From the NCBI GenBank assembly GCA_944390805.1, contig CALXQW010000038.1, positions 42,635 through 106,634 on the forward strand: a stretch of 64,000 bases of DNA, given 5' to 3'. This DNA is from an uncultured Opitutales bacterium (lineage in GTDB: Bacteria; Verrucomicrobiota; Verrucomicrobiia; Opitutales; Intestinicryptomonadaceae). Under the pieces are notes generated by a model. The model did not search any database. It was not told where the DNA came from and saw only the letters and a program-made list of their open reading frames with translations. Positions 1 through 8,792 of this stretch are shown piece by piece. The position numbers and the translations under genes are program-made. Positions within the stretch are counted from its first letter, which is position 1. Each line of letters starts with the position of its first letter.

Positions 1-2
1 GT

Positions 3-2186
3 CGGCTTCATGCATTTGTATTTAGAAATTGGACATGCGTTCCCGCAAGCCGGCTGGCAAAAACGGTGGGTGCAAGCGAAGAGCAGATATGCTCTATAGC
101 CGCCCAGCTTGGCTTGCCAAAACAGGGCAGGATAGAGAGCGCATGGAAAGATAAGGGATATATAACGGTTCTGCGCAGAAACTGGCATCTGCTCGATTAT
201 CCACAACTTCTTACCCTGCTTGGAATGTCTGCCCAGGAGCTTGAATTTAAGCTCATAGCAGACGACTTCCTATACATAAAGCTCGGCTCCATAAAACCAA
301 AATGTGGCCCTCTTGTCTATGCCGAGCCCGATTCCGCGACATTGGCAAAGTGCGCTGAATTTAGGAAGCTGATGAAATCAGAGGGTGCGGAAAGACTTTT
401 TGAAAGCGTTGAAAGATTCAGATTCAACGAGGAAATCTCCCTTATGCCCATGGGTACCGCGCCTGCTCCGCGGAAGGGAAGCATAGTGATGGCTTACCCG
501 TATTTTTCGGAATACGGAGACTGCCTTTTGGACGACGATATCTCGTCTTATCCCGACGAGATCTTAAAGCGCTACCAGCAAGTAGGTGTCAATGCCGTAT
601 GGCTTCATGTGGTATTAAGAACTTTGGTTTCAAACGACGGCCTATACGACGATTCTCCCGACGCACCCCGCAGAATAAGAAATCTCAACAAGCTCATATC
701 TCGCGCAGAGAAGTACGGAATTAAGGTATTTTTGTATTTCAACGAACCGCGTTCCATGCCGCCTGAGTTCTTTGAGTCTTCAGAGCTTCGTTCCTCTTTG
801 AAGGGCACGCCCGACGGTGGGTTAGTTGCCCTTTGCACGTCGCAAAAACCCGTGATAGACTGGCTTGAAAACGCCACTGAGCGGCTTTTTAAGGCTGCTC
901 CTAAACTTGGCGGTATATTTACAATAACTGCTTCGGAATGCCTCACAAACTGCCTTTCTCATAGATTGGCAAAAAATATTTGCAAGGTGTGTTCCGCACG
1001 CGGCAGGCCTGTTGTTGTATCGGAGGTAAACAATGCCATTTTCCGCGGAATGCGCTCTGCAAGTAAAGATGCTGAACTGATAGTTTGGGATTGGGGCTGG
1101 AGGCCAGAGGCAGTTGAGGGAACGGTGGAGCTTCTTGAGAAGGATTGCATATTGATGTGTGTCAGCGAATGGGATTTACCCTTCAAGCGGGGAACTGTGG
1201 AAAGCAAAGTCAACGAGTACTGCATATCCTGTTCAGATTCCGCTCCTGGTCCGCGCGCAAAGAATCTTTGGAATTTAGCAAAGAAACGCGGAATGCGCAC
1301 AATGGCCAAAGTCCAGGTTAACACCTCTTGGGAGTTTTCTCCCGTGCCCTACATTCCCTATGTAGACATAGTTGTAAACCATGCCAAAAATCTAAAGGAT
1401 ATGGGGGTGGACAATGTACTTTTGAATTGGAGTCTGGGCGGATATCCGTCGGTAAATATAGAGGCGTTTAACTCTTTCGATAAATCTCTTTCTGTGAAGG
1501 ACAATCTAAAAAATATCGCTGTGCGCCGCTACGGAGAGAATGCTTCTGCTTCCGTCCTAAAGGCTTGGACAGAGTTTTCCGACGCATGGAGGCAGTTTCC
1601 TTTCGATATAGCATTGGCTTATTTCGGCGCGCAGCACATGGGAGCATCCAACCCCATATACGTCAAGCCGAGCGGCTATCATGCAACTATGGTTGGTATT
1701 CCGTACGATAACTTGGCTTCTTGGCGTTCAAAATATCCAAACGACGTTTTAATAGGCCAGCTTGAAAAAGTCGTAGCGGGCTTGGACAAGGGCATTTCTT
1801 CTTTGCTTGAAGCCGAATCTTCCGCCGGATTAACAGAAGATGCAAAAAGGGAGATTTCCTCCCAGATACGTTATGCCCGTTGTGCCAGCATAAGCCTTAA
1901 GAGCTTTGCGAACCAGGCTAAGTTTATAATTCTTAGAAACAGAATTTCTGCATCAACCACAAAGGAGGCGTTCGATGCCGACAAGGAAGAGATACTCTCC
2001 ATATTAAACGAGGAAAAGCTCCTCGCTAGGGAAATGTACAAGCTCTGCCTTGAGGACGAATTTATCGGCTATGAAGCCTCCAACCACTATTTCTACATTC
2101 CGGCAGATTTATTGGAGAAAATTGCCTCTGTGGAATACGCCCGCGAATATTTCTCATCAAAGAATTTTGAAGCCTCCAAAAGGTGA
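3..2186 (+). CDS. Hypothetical protein, possible (beta/alpha)8 clan GH-A-like glycoside hydrolase (5' partial)
   Basis: ORF 66..2186 in the track. Codons 3..65 in the same frame contain no stop (..FRNWTCVPASRLAKTVGASEEQ..), so the gene probably starts upstream of the window. 'VFLYFNEP' resembles the NEP acid/base motif of TIM-barrel glycosidases. I could not recognise a specific family. Confidence 0.6.
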   Translation, partial: RLHAFVFRNWTCVPASRLAKTVGASEEQICSIAAQLGLPKQGRIESAWKDKGYITVLRRNWHLLDYPQLLTLLGMSAQELEFKLIADDFLYIKLGSIKPKCGPLVYAEPDSATLAKCAEFRKLMKSEGAERLFESVERFRFNEEISLMPMGTAPAPRKGSIVMAYPYFSEYGDCLLDDDISSYPDEILKRYQQVGVNAVWLHVVLRTLVSNDGLYDDSPDAPRRIRNLNKLISRAEKYGIKVFLYFNEPRSMPPEFFESSELRSSLKGTPDGGLVALCTSQKPVIDWLENATERLFKAAPKLGGIFTITASECLTNCLSHRLAKNICKVCSARGRPVVVSEVNNAIFRGMRSASKDAELIVWDWGWRPEAVEGTVELLEKDCILMCVSEWDLPFKRGTVESKVNEYCISCSDSAPGPRAKNLWNLAKKRGMRTMAKVQVNTSWEFSPVPYIPYVDIVVNHAKNLKDMGVDNVLLNWSLGGYPSVNIEAFNSFDKSLSVKDNLKNIAVRRYGENASASVLKAWTEFSDAWRQFPFDIALAYFGAQHMGASNPIYVKPSGYHATMVGIPYDNLASWRSKYPNDVLIGQLEKVVAGLDKGISSLLEAESSAGLTEDAKREISSQIRYARCASISLKSFANQAKFIILRNRISASTTKEAFDADKEEILSILNEEKLLAREMYKLCLEDEFIGYEASNHYFYIPADLLEKIASVEYAREYFSSKNFEASKR

Positions 2187-2211
2187 ATATGCCTTTTATA
2201 TCTTTAACCGA

Positions 2212-2241
2212 AACAGGGCAGATATATGCCCTGTTAGCTTT
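2212..2241 (+). terminator. Rho-independent terminator after the first CDS
   Basis: Hairpin aacagggca (2212-2220) / tgccctgtt (2227-2235) with a 6-nt loop, followed by agctttt. Confidence 0.55.
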
Positions 2242-2400
2242 TGAGGGGCAGGGGGTGATGTAAACTTAAAAATACGGCATATTGCATAAAAGGCGGCTAT
2301 GGAGCATCAACTCGGCATTTATCTTTGTGCAGATAAGCCTCTTTGTATTTTAACAATATAGGCATAAAACTGCGCGTATTTTTAATTTCAACGTTTGTAA

Positions 2401-2440
2401 ATAAAAGACGCGCAAAGTAGCATTGCTATTTGCGCGTCTT
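2401..2440 (-). terminator. Rho-independent terminator ending the exported-protein operon
   Basis: Perfect 12-bp stem aagacgcgcaaa (2405-2416) / tttgcgcgtctt (2429-2440). On the minus strand it is followed by TTTTAT. It lies 20 nt downstream of the stop at 2460. Confidence 0.8.
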
Positions 2441-2459
2441 AAAAAGAATGCTTTACAAG

Positions 2460-2684
2460 CTACCTTAAGGCAGGTTCGTTTTGAATTTCCTTCTCTACGG
2501 GGTTCCCGTTTTTGTCGTAAGTTCTTTCAACTGTTGTTGCACTTACACCGGGAGTAAAAGATGCAGGCACAGTCTCGCACCAGTATGCGCCAGTACTTTC
2601 GCAGCCTGAAATGAACATGCTGCTTAAAAGTAGGAAACCCGCAATAAGTACGCGCTTTATATTTTTAGATATGAAGTTCTTCAT
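2460..2684 (-). CDS. Small lipoprotein (74 aa), function unknown
   Basis: Signal peptide with lipobox (..SSMFISGC/EST). Only a 1-nt gap to the upstream LpoB-like gene. Confidence 0.6.
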   Translation of the reverse strand: MKNFISKNIKRVLIAGFLLLSSMFISGCESTGAYWCETVPASFTPGVSATTVERTYDKNGNPVEKEIQNEPALR

Positions 2685-2685
2685 G

Positions 2686-3243
2686 TCAGTCGAAAAGCCC
2701 CTTAGGAGACTGTTTTGAAATTTGCTTTTGTCCCGACCAAATAGCCGCTCCTCCGCTGTTTATATCGAGCATAAATATGTAGGTGACCTCGCGGACGTCT
2801 TCATTATCGTCCCTATCCTCTATAATTTTGCCCGTCATTGTTATTGCCGGAACCGGAGTTTTTGTTCCAGCCATGAAGGCCTGATAGTCCGCAAGCTCCT
2901 TTGTTGCCTTGTCGTCCGATACGGCAATGGCTTTCCCCGAGTTGTTTAAGACTATGCAGATTTGCTTTGTGAGCATATCTGTATCTATGCTCTCTGAAGT
3001 GCGGTTTATTATGCGGCTTACTTTCATGCGCACAGGCTGTTTGAACTTCTCAAGGCAGCCAGATGCAAGCATATCGTTTACTAGCGCGCTTGCCGCGTTG
3101 TTCCAGTCTGCAATATTTATCTTCTTTGTTGTTATGACAGACTGCGGCCCGCCGGATTTTACATAAGAGGCCTTATCGCTCGAACACGCCGCAAATATTG
3201 CGGCAACGGACATACAACACAGCGTTCTAAAGATGTTTTTCAT
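2686..3243 (-). CDS. LpoB-like lipoprotein (penicillin-binding protein activator LpoB/YcfM family fold)
   Basis: Lipobox AIFAAC/SSD. 'MKVSRIINRTSESIDTDMLTKQICIVLNNSGK' matches the characteristic LpoB-family pattern (x-I-x-N-x-T...L...I...L..sGk). It sits next to a YcfL-like gene, as in E. coli ycfL-lpoB. Confidence 0.7.
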   Translation of the reverse strand: MKNIFRTLCCMSVAAIFAACSSDKASYVKSGGPQSVITTKKINIADWNNAASALVNDMLASGCLEKFKQPVRMKVSRIINRTSESIDTDMLTKQICIVLNNSGKAIAVSDDKATKELADYQAFMAGTKTPVPAITMTGKIIEDRDDNEDVREVTYIFMLDINSGGAAIWSGQKQISKQSPKGLFD

Positions 3244-3253
3244 GGCATTTAAT

Positions 3254-3664
3254 TTATCTAATATTTGGGAAGAGTTTCAAGGAAAAGTCTTTTGCGTTGG
3301 GCGATGGGGCAACGGAAGATATGTATCCGCTCTCTCCGCCCTCCAGAATTAGGGTACTCCATGGAGTATTTGGGCTTTCAATTTCCATTCCGTTTTGGTC
3401 GAACCATGAGAATTTGTAGTTTATAGATCTCTGGGCAACTGTAGAATTCACAATCTTTGCTTGCACCTTAAGCAAATTTCCAACTACGCTTTGGTTTAAA
3501 CCGGCAACATAGGCGTAGTCGTCGAGGTCGGAATCTGTTATTATGCGCTTGTCCGATACCATGTCCTTGCGCGACTGAGAATCCGCCCTCTCTACTGTAT
3601 TTACAGTTGCGCATCCCGACATTGCCGCGCATAGCATAAGCGCCAATATCCATATATTTTTCAT
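3254..3664 (-). CDS. YcfL/DUF1425-family lipoprotein
   Basis: Lipobox AAMSGC/ATV. 'INYKFSWFDQNGMEI' matches the YcfL signature (Y-x-F-x-W-y-D-x-x-G). 4-nt overlap with the upstream gene. Confidence 0.7.
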   Translation of the reverse strand: MKNIWILALMLCAAMSGCATVNTVERADSQSRKDMVSDKRIITDSDLDDYAYVAGLNQSVVGNLLKVQAKIVNSTVAQRSINYKFSWFDQNGMEIESPNTPWSTLILEGGESGYISSVAPSPNAKDFSLKLFPNIR

Positions 3665-5103
3665 TGTATCGCCTTCTTTGGGGTTGTTAGCTCGAAGCTT
3701 CTCGCCGTTATCTTTGCCGACGGAGACGTCTTCCTTATTAAAATTACATTTGTGGAATTTGGGTTTACCTTAATATCTGCAGTTCCCACTTTCACCACGC
3801 CGTCCTTGGGAGTCTCGAAAGATGCAGTTAATATTTCTTTAGGAAGGCTTGTCCATGTGCGCAAATCGGCATCGTTTACAACGCTTTGATATATGGAGCC
3901 TGCTATATTGACCGCAAGCCCGGCCCAGCCATCTCCGGCTGCCTGCCTTGCGGCAACCTGTATACCGGCTTTTACCGCGGCAGATAGAACTGTCTTTGTT
4001 ATGACCTCCGGCAGCCCATCGTTAAACTCCCTCTCTATAATTTTGTCCATATTGGCAAGCTTTTCCATGCGTATCTCTTTTCCGCCTGCCGATATGCAAA
4101 CTCCGTCGGAAAACTGTATGCTCTTCTTTAAATACGGAAAGTTCATGCTAACATGCGGTATATTTCCGTTTATAATGTAAAGCGGCAGGTTTATCTTGCT
4201 TTGCATTCTGAGGGGCGCTGTTCCCTTTTCAAATATCACATATGTTCGCGGCGGTATGGCTGAGATATCCCCGTCCGCCAGTGAATTTGCCAGCTTGATA
4301 TCCTCGGCAATTCCTTTATTGCTTCCGCTCACGGATTGGCTCGCCAGCCTGAAGAAATCCGCCGCCCTGTTCTTGTCGGACGAATCTGCCGGCCTTGACG
4401 AAAAATACATTCCAGCAAGCCAATAGGCAAAAGGATTTGCATAGTCGCTCGCAGCAACAACCCTTGCGTTCATGGAGAAATCGTCCCCGTAGATTGCCTT
4501 TAATGCGTTGCTCACACCCGCATTTGAAATTGTCTTGGAGGCGTCGTACGAGGCATTTATATTCTCTTTGCCCGCGGCAGAAATTGCCTTTTGAGTTCGC
4601 TCTATATTCTTTAAATTTGCATTCTTGGCATCTTGCTGGTAGTTTTCCATGCGCTTCAGGTTGACTTCCGCCAGGTCGAAATTGCCAAGTTCCATATAGT
4701 TTAACGCCTGGTAGGCAGACATCATTATCTTGTCGTAATTGTATCCGCGGTAGGGCAGTGCGCTCTGGTTTGTTAGTATGGCTGCAGTTTCCTCTGTTAT
4801 TACTGTGTCTGCGTTCTTGTCGAACGAAGCCATCTTTTCTTCTGCCAGCTCAAAAGATTTTGCGCTTTCCTTTACATCTCCATTTGCGCGCGCAACAGCC
4901 CCGTATTCAAGCCGCCATATTACCTCATCGTCCGTATCCGCATACTTCCATACAAGAGGCTCGAGCGCCGCTTGTGCCGCGCCCGCTTCTCCCATACTCC
5001 ATGCGCTACGCGCCGGAGCGGTCTTCTCAAGATGCGTTGAACACCCGGAGCATGCAAATGCGCCGGCCGCCAGAAATAATGCAGTCTTTAAAACTACGCG
5101 CAT
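3661..5103 (-). CDS. COG3014-like TPR-ish lipoprotein, function unknown
   Basis: Signal peptide plus Cys (..AFACSGC/ST). The N-terminal half is helical-repeat-like. As I recall, this family commonly neighbours YcfL and LpoB genes. Confidence 0.5.
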   Translation of the reverse strand: MRVVLKTALFLAAGAFACSGCSTHLEKTAPARSAWSMGEAGAAQAALEPLVWKYADTDDEVIWRLEYGAVARANGDVKESAKSFELAEEKMASFDKNADTVITEETAAILTNQSALPYRGYNYDKIMMSAYQALNYMELGNFDLAEVNLKRMENYQQDAKNANLKNIERTQKAISAAGKENINASYDASKTISNAGVSNALKAIYGDDFSMNARVVAASDYANPFAYWLAGMYFSSRPADSSDKNRAADFFRLASQSVSGSNKGIAEDIKLANSLADGDISAIPPRTYVIFEKGTAPLRMQSKINLPLYIINGNIPHVSMNFPYLKKSIQFSDGVCISAGGKEIRMEKLANMDKIIEREFNDGLPEVITKTVLSAAVKAGIQVAARQAAGDGWAGLAVNIAGSIYQSVVNDADLRTWTSLPKEILTASFETPKDGVVKVGTADIKVNPNSTNVILIRKTSPSAKITARSFELTTPKKAIQ

Positions 5104-5111
5104 ATTGTTAT

Positions 5112-6041
5112 CTAATTATTTTGCGCCGGCGCTTTTTGCTTTCTTAATATTATGTTTGATACGTCCTTAAAACATTCGTCGGCATTTAGTGCTTCTACGG
5201 ATAACTTTGGAACCCCCTGGGAGAATTTTGCATTTACCCTGTTTACAGTAAGAGTTCCTACATATATTTCGTTGTTGCCAAGCTTTTCTCCTGTTTCCGG
5301 ATCTATCAATGCTTTACCCATATGGAAAATCTCGTAGACGTCACCTACTTTTACCCCAGAATTTGCACCCCTATTGAAACTTAATGTGCCCATAGCGTAA
5401 TCGAGCGCCCTCGCAGGGCTTATCGCATCGCAAATATTCTGGGCGATGCGCTCGGCGAGTATTCTTGAAATCTCCGCAATGAGTGAGTCGTTAAGATTGC
5501 CGTTGGCTGAAACGTTTGTAGGCAAGTCAGATATGTCGCTTTCATTCACCGATACTGACGATGTCTCTAAAATGGCCCCAGTTGTTGAATTTATAACACT
5601 CGCCACCGCACCAAGGCGCAATATGCGCTTTTCTGCGGTTCTTTCCAACGATTCAAAACGGGCCTTTTCCGTGTAATCTTGAAAATCGGTAATTTCCACG
5701 GATACTATGTACTTTGCTCCCTTTAAGGCGCCTTGTGCCGCTCCCGATTCCACCGAGGCATTTCCTGAGGCAGAAAGGTCAGCCTCTTTTGATACTGCGT
5801 CTAAATCTGAACGGGTCAGAACTTCAAATCTGCGCGTGCTCTGAAATGCATGCGTCAAATTTGCCGTTAAAGCTTCTGTTATGCGTCCCATAACAATGCT
5901 TTTATTCTCAGAGGCTATTTTCAGCGACAGGCTTTTTCCCGCCGTTATTTTTGTGACAGCCAGCGTATCCTTTTGCTGAGCCTGCAGAAAGGCTGCTGAT
6001 GCCAACATTGTTATTGCTGTAAATATTATAAGCTTTCTCAT
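5112..6041 (-). CDS. CsgG/FlgO-like periplasmic protein
   Basis: SPI-type signal peptide (AFLQA/QQ). 'ITEALTANLTHAFQSTRRFEVLTRSDLDAVSKE' and 'AKYIVSVEITDF' follow the CsgG/LpoB-type pattern (..L...L...grF.v.eR..Ld....E.. and aDYll.g.I). The C-terminal region is beta-rich. Confidence 0.5.
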   Translation of the reverse strand: MRKLIIFTAITMLASAAFLQAQQKDTLAVTKITAGKSLSLKIASENKSIVMGRITEALTANLTHAFQSTRRFEVLTRSDLDAVSKEADLSASGNASVESGAAQGALKGAKYIVSVEITDFQDYTEKARFESLERTAEKRILRLGAVASVINSTTGAILETSSVSVNESDISDLPTNVSANGNLNDSLIAEISRILAERIAQNICDAISPARALDYAMGTLSFNRGANSGVKVGDVYEIFHMGKALIDPETGEKLGNNEIYVGTLTVNRVNAKFSQGVPKLSVEALNADECFKDVSNIILRKQKAPAQNN

Positions 6042-6072
6042 GCCTGGTTTTCCCTGTTAAATGGTTTGTTAG

Positions 6073-7257
6073 TTATTGCGCAAATATGCTTTGCACGCGG
6101 TTTATCTGCGGAATTTCTGAGGCCTTTACGTCTATCTTGTAGCCGGAATTTCTAAAGGTTTCTGCTATGCCTTTTAGCCTTTCCGCCTCGGCGTTTGTGA
6201 TTGTACGGTTGTCGTCGGAGGCTTTTGCGCGCTCCTTGATAGATTCAAGGAATGTTAGATTGTCTTTCCAGCGTTGCCGCGCGGCATTTGTTAAGGCAAG
6301 CGGAATTGTTAAGGTCTGTTTTGAGTCCGCTGCAACATATATACTTGAAATATGGCTCTCAAGATCTGGATGAGAAAGCTTCAAAGAGTGAAAGCCTTTC
6401 GACAGCTTCATCTTTCCTCCCATAGGCACTTGTACTCCGTCTATATATGCCGACACATTCGAAATCTCAACCGGTATTATATTTGAGCCAAGAACATATT
6501 GCCCATTTTCATTTTGCACCACTTCCGGAAAGGACATTTGTTCTATGCTGAAGAGTATTTCCACGTCTCCGGATTCCGCATCAGCATTGCTTGAAATTCT
6601 TCCGGACTCTTGCGCCTGCTTTAACTTCATAGCTACTTTTTCCGCCGTGTCAAAGACGAGCTTGCCTATAATATCGTCTGTTGTCTCAGAGAGATTATCC
6701 GTCTTTCTCATAGTCAGGGTACAATCAACCAGCCCCCCTGATGTTCCAGCGGCATTATTAGCCGAAAGCAAACTGTATGAGCTTCTCAATGTGTAGAGCG
6801 TATTTACCGTGTTTATGCCGTACCCCGAAAACTTCTTCTCAGATTTGCCCAATGACGATATCGATACGGACAATATATAGTCTGCCCCGAGCAATTCCGC
6901 AGCCCTCTGGCCTGATGCCCCCGCAAATATAGCGGCTCCTACATTCTCCTCCAATGAGGCTTTAAGCTTTTCGGCATCTGAAAGATACTTGGCATTTGGA
7001 TTTGAGAGATAATCATTCAAGCTGCGTATTGCCATATCGTAATCTATTGCCGATAGGCCAAGCTCATTTAGCTTTGCGCAAACGGCAAGTTCAAGCGGCT
7101 TTGCCTTTGTATCGAGCGCCTTGTCGGCGGAGTCATTCCTGGCAAAAACAACAACTTTTCTTGTCCGCAGATCTCCATTTTGGTCACCAAATGCAAATGT
7201 GGACAATATGAAAAGCGCACATGGGAAAAATAGCGTAAATAGCGTTTTAAGCTTCAT
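6073..7257 (-). CDS. Exported protein with a CsgG/FlgO-like N-domain, a PEGA-like beta-sandwich and a charged C-terminal tail
   Basis: The track ORF runs to 7371. I prefer the start at M39 (MKLKTLFTLFF..AFG/DQ, coordinate 7257), which gives a signal peptide. 'ADYILSVSISSLG' parallels 'AKYIVSVEITDF' in the neighbouring gene. 'AYIDGVQVPMGGKMKLSKGFHSLKLSHPDLE' is PEGA-like. Confidence 0.5.
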   Translation of the reverse strand: MKLKTLFTLFFPCALFILSTFAFGDQNGDLRTRKVVVFARNDSADKALDTKAKPLELAVCAKLNELGLSAIDYDMAIRSLNDYLSNPNAKYLSDAEKLKASLEENVGAAIFAGASGQRAAELLGADYILSVSISSLGKSEKKFSGYGINTVNTLYTLRSSYSLLSANNAAGTSGGLVDCTLTMRKTDNLSETTDDIIGKLVFDTAEKVAMKLKQAQESGRISSNADAESGDVEILFSIEQMSFPEVVQNENGQYVLGSNIIPVEISNVSAYIDGVQVPMGGKMKLSKGFHSLKLSHPDLESHISSIYVAADSKQTLTIPLALTNAARQRWKDNLTFLESIKERAKASDDNRTITNAEAERLKGIAETFRNSGYKIDVKASEIPQINRVQSIFAQ

Positions 7258-7396
7258 ATTATTTCCTATCCTTGGAGTTTTATCGAAATCCCTATTTCTG
7301 ATAGCTATTAGGCAGAATTTTAAATTTCTATTAACTAAATTTAATTTTTTACCGCACTTGCCTTTTGTCAACCGTTTAAAAAAGCGCCTAAGACAT

Positions 7397-7437
7397 AAAA
7401 AAGCTCCGACGAAACATTATAATGTTCGCGCCGGAGC
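7397..7437 (-). terminator. Rho-independent terminator after the rubrerythrin gene
   Basis: Minus strand reads GCTCCGGCGCGAACATTATAATGTTTCGTCGGAGC followed by TTTTTTAT. It lies 30 nt downstream of the stop at 7468. Confidence 0.75.
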
Positions 7438-7467
7438 CAGATTACCGACAATAAAATTTACACTATA

Positions 7468-8013
7468 TTATGCAAAATAGCGCTTCAGGAGGCCCTGGAA
7501 AGCCTTACCGTGGCGAGCCTCGTCCTTGCACATCTCGTGCACGGTGTCGTGAATGGCGTCGTACCCAAGCTGCTTTGCGCGCTTTGCTATTGCAAGCTTG
7601 CCTTCTGTTGCACCATGCTCCGCCGCTACGCGCTTTTCAAGATTCTCCTTTGTGCTTTCCGATACGCACTCGCCAAGAAGCTCCGCAAACTTTGCCGCGT
7701 GCTCGGCCTCTTCAAATGCTATGCGCTTATACGCCTCTGCTACCTCAGGATATCCCTCGCGGTCGGCCTGGCGGCTCATAGCCAGATACATTCCTACCTC
7801 AGTGCATTCGCCAGTGAAATGCGCCCTGAGCCCCTCTACAACTTCTGCGTCGAGCCCCTTTGCCACGCCTATTCTATGCTCGTCGGCAAAAGCAAGCTCA
7901 CCACCGTCGTCCTTGACAATGAACTTAGACCTCGGGGCCTTGCACTGCGGGCAGAAATCCGGAATCTCGCCCTCAAAGACATAACCGCATACGCTACATA
8001 CTGTTTTCTTCAT
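7468..8013 (-). CDS. Reverse rubrerythrin (N-terminal rubredoxin-like domain, C-terminal ferritin-like diiron domain)
   Basis: CSVCGY..CPQC at the N-terminus. E..EXXH diiron motifs follow ([20 protein letters not shown]). Confidence 0.85.
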   Translation of the reverse strand: MKKTVCSVCGYVFEGEIPDFCPQCKAPRSKFIVKDDGGELAFADEHRIGVAKGLDAEVVEGLRAHFTGECTEVGMYLAMSRQADREGYPEVAEAYKRIAFEEAEHAAKFAELLGECVSESTKENLEKRVAAEHGATEGKLAIAKRAKQLGYDAIHDTVHEMCKDEARHGKAFQGLLKRYFA

Positions 8014-8027
8014 GATGTTTTTTCTTT

Positions 8028-8438
8028 CTATTTTTGTTTATTTTGTGGAGAAATTTTTGTCTGAGATAGGGTCCTCTCAAAATCTGAGTAGGTCCTTCTT
8101 ATCAGATCGCCAAATATACAGTTTTTTTTGTCGCAATTTGGCGTTTCAAACATGCAGTCGCATAGGGGAAGGGAACCGTCTATGGCCTTGAATACATCCA
8201 TAAACGTATTTTCCTTCTGTTCGTCCGATAGAAAAAATCCTCCGCTCGGACCTTTCTCCGAAGAAACTATCCCCGTTGCAACAAGTCTGCTCATTATTTT
8301 TGAAAGATGGTTTTTTGACACTCCAAGCCTCTTGGACATCTCCTGCGCGCCAATGGAACCTTCCTCTTGCGCAAGCAGGCGCGCCGCATGCATGGCTATC
8401 GCCGCCCCTGTGGATATGTTCAACATTCTGCAAGCCAT
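8028..8438 (-). CDS. Rrf2-family transcriptional regulator
   Basis: Winged-HTH pattern '[40 protein letters not shown]'. Cys cluster (CDC..C..C) in the C-terminal half. 14 nt upstream of the rubrerythrin gene. Confidence 0.8.
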   Translation of the reverse strand: MACRMLNISTGAAIAMHAARLLAQEEGSIGAQEMSKRLGVSKNHLSKIMSRLVATGIVSSEKGPSGGFFLSDEQKENTFMDVFKAIDGSLPLCDCMFETPNCDKKNCIFGDLIRRTYSDFERTLSQTKISPQNKQK

Positions 8439-8473
8439 TGTGTCTTTTTCCCGTCTTTCTATTCTTTCTTCAG

Positions 8474-8495
8474 AAAATCTAAAAGATTAGATTTT
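8474..8495. promoter_or_regulatory. Perfect 9-bp inverted repeat upstream of the Rrf2 gene (candidate operator)
   Basis: AAAATCTAA (8474-8482), spacer aaga, TTAGATTTT (8487-8495). It lies 36-57 nt upstream of the Rrf2 start codon. Confidence 0.3.
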
Positions 8496-8734
8496 TCTTA
8501 TAAAAGAATAATGGTACTCTAATGCGATTATTCTTTTTCTGTCAACACATTTTTTTAATTTTTACATAGTTTCTTAATGTATCATTTCATATCTTTCTTA
8601 AGTTTATGCTAAAAAACATTTTAAGACGGTATATACTAAAGACAGATTTTCCCAGCAGCAAAAAATTGTAATCTAGATAAGCATTTTACTACTTTAGTGT
8701 TCAATAAATGAAGATACTTTACCTATAAAAATTT

Positions 8735-8764
8735 CAAAGCGCGCCGGAATCCCAACGCGCTTTG
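8735..8764 (-). terminator. Terminator-like hairpin after the efflux operon
   Basis: caaagcgcg (8735-8743) / cgcgctttg (8756-8764). On the minus strand it is followed by AAATTTTTAT. Confidence 0.5.
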
Positions 8765-8792
8765 AATATATGAAGCATATCTATAAAATGGA

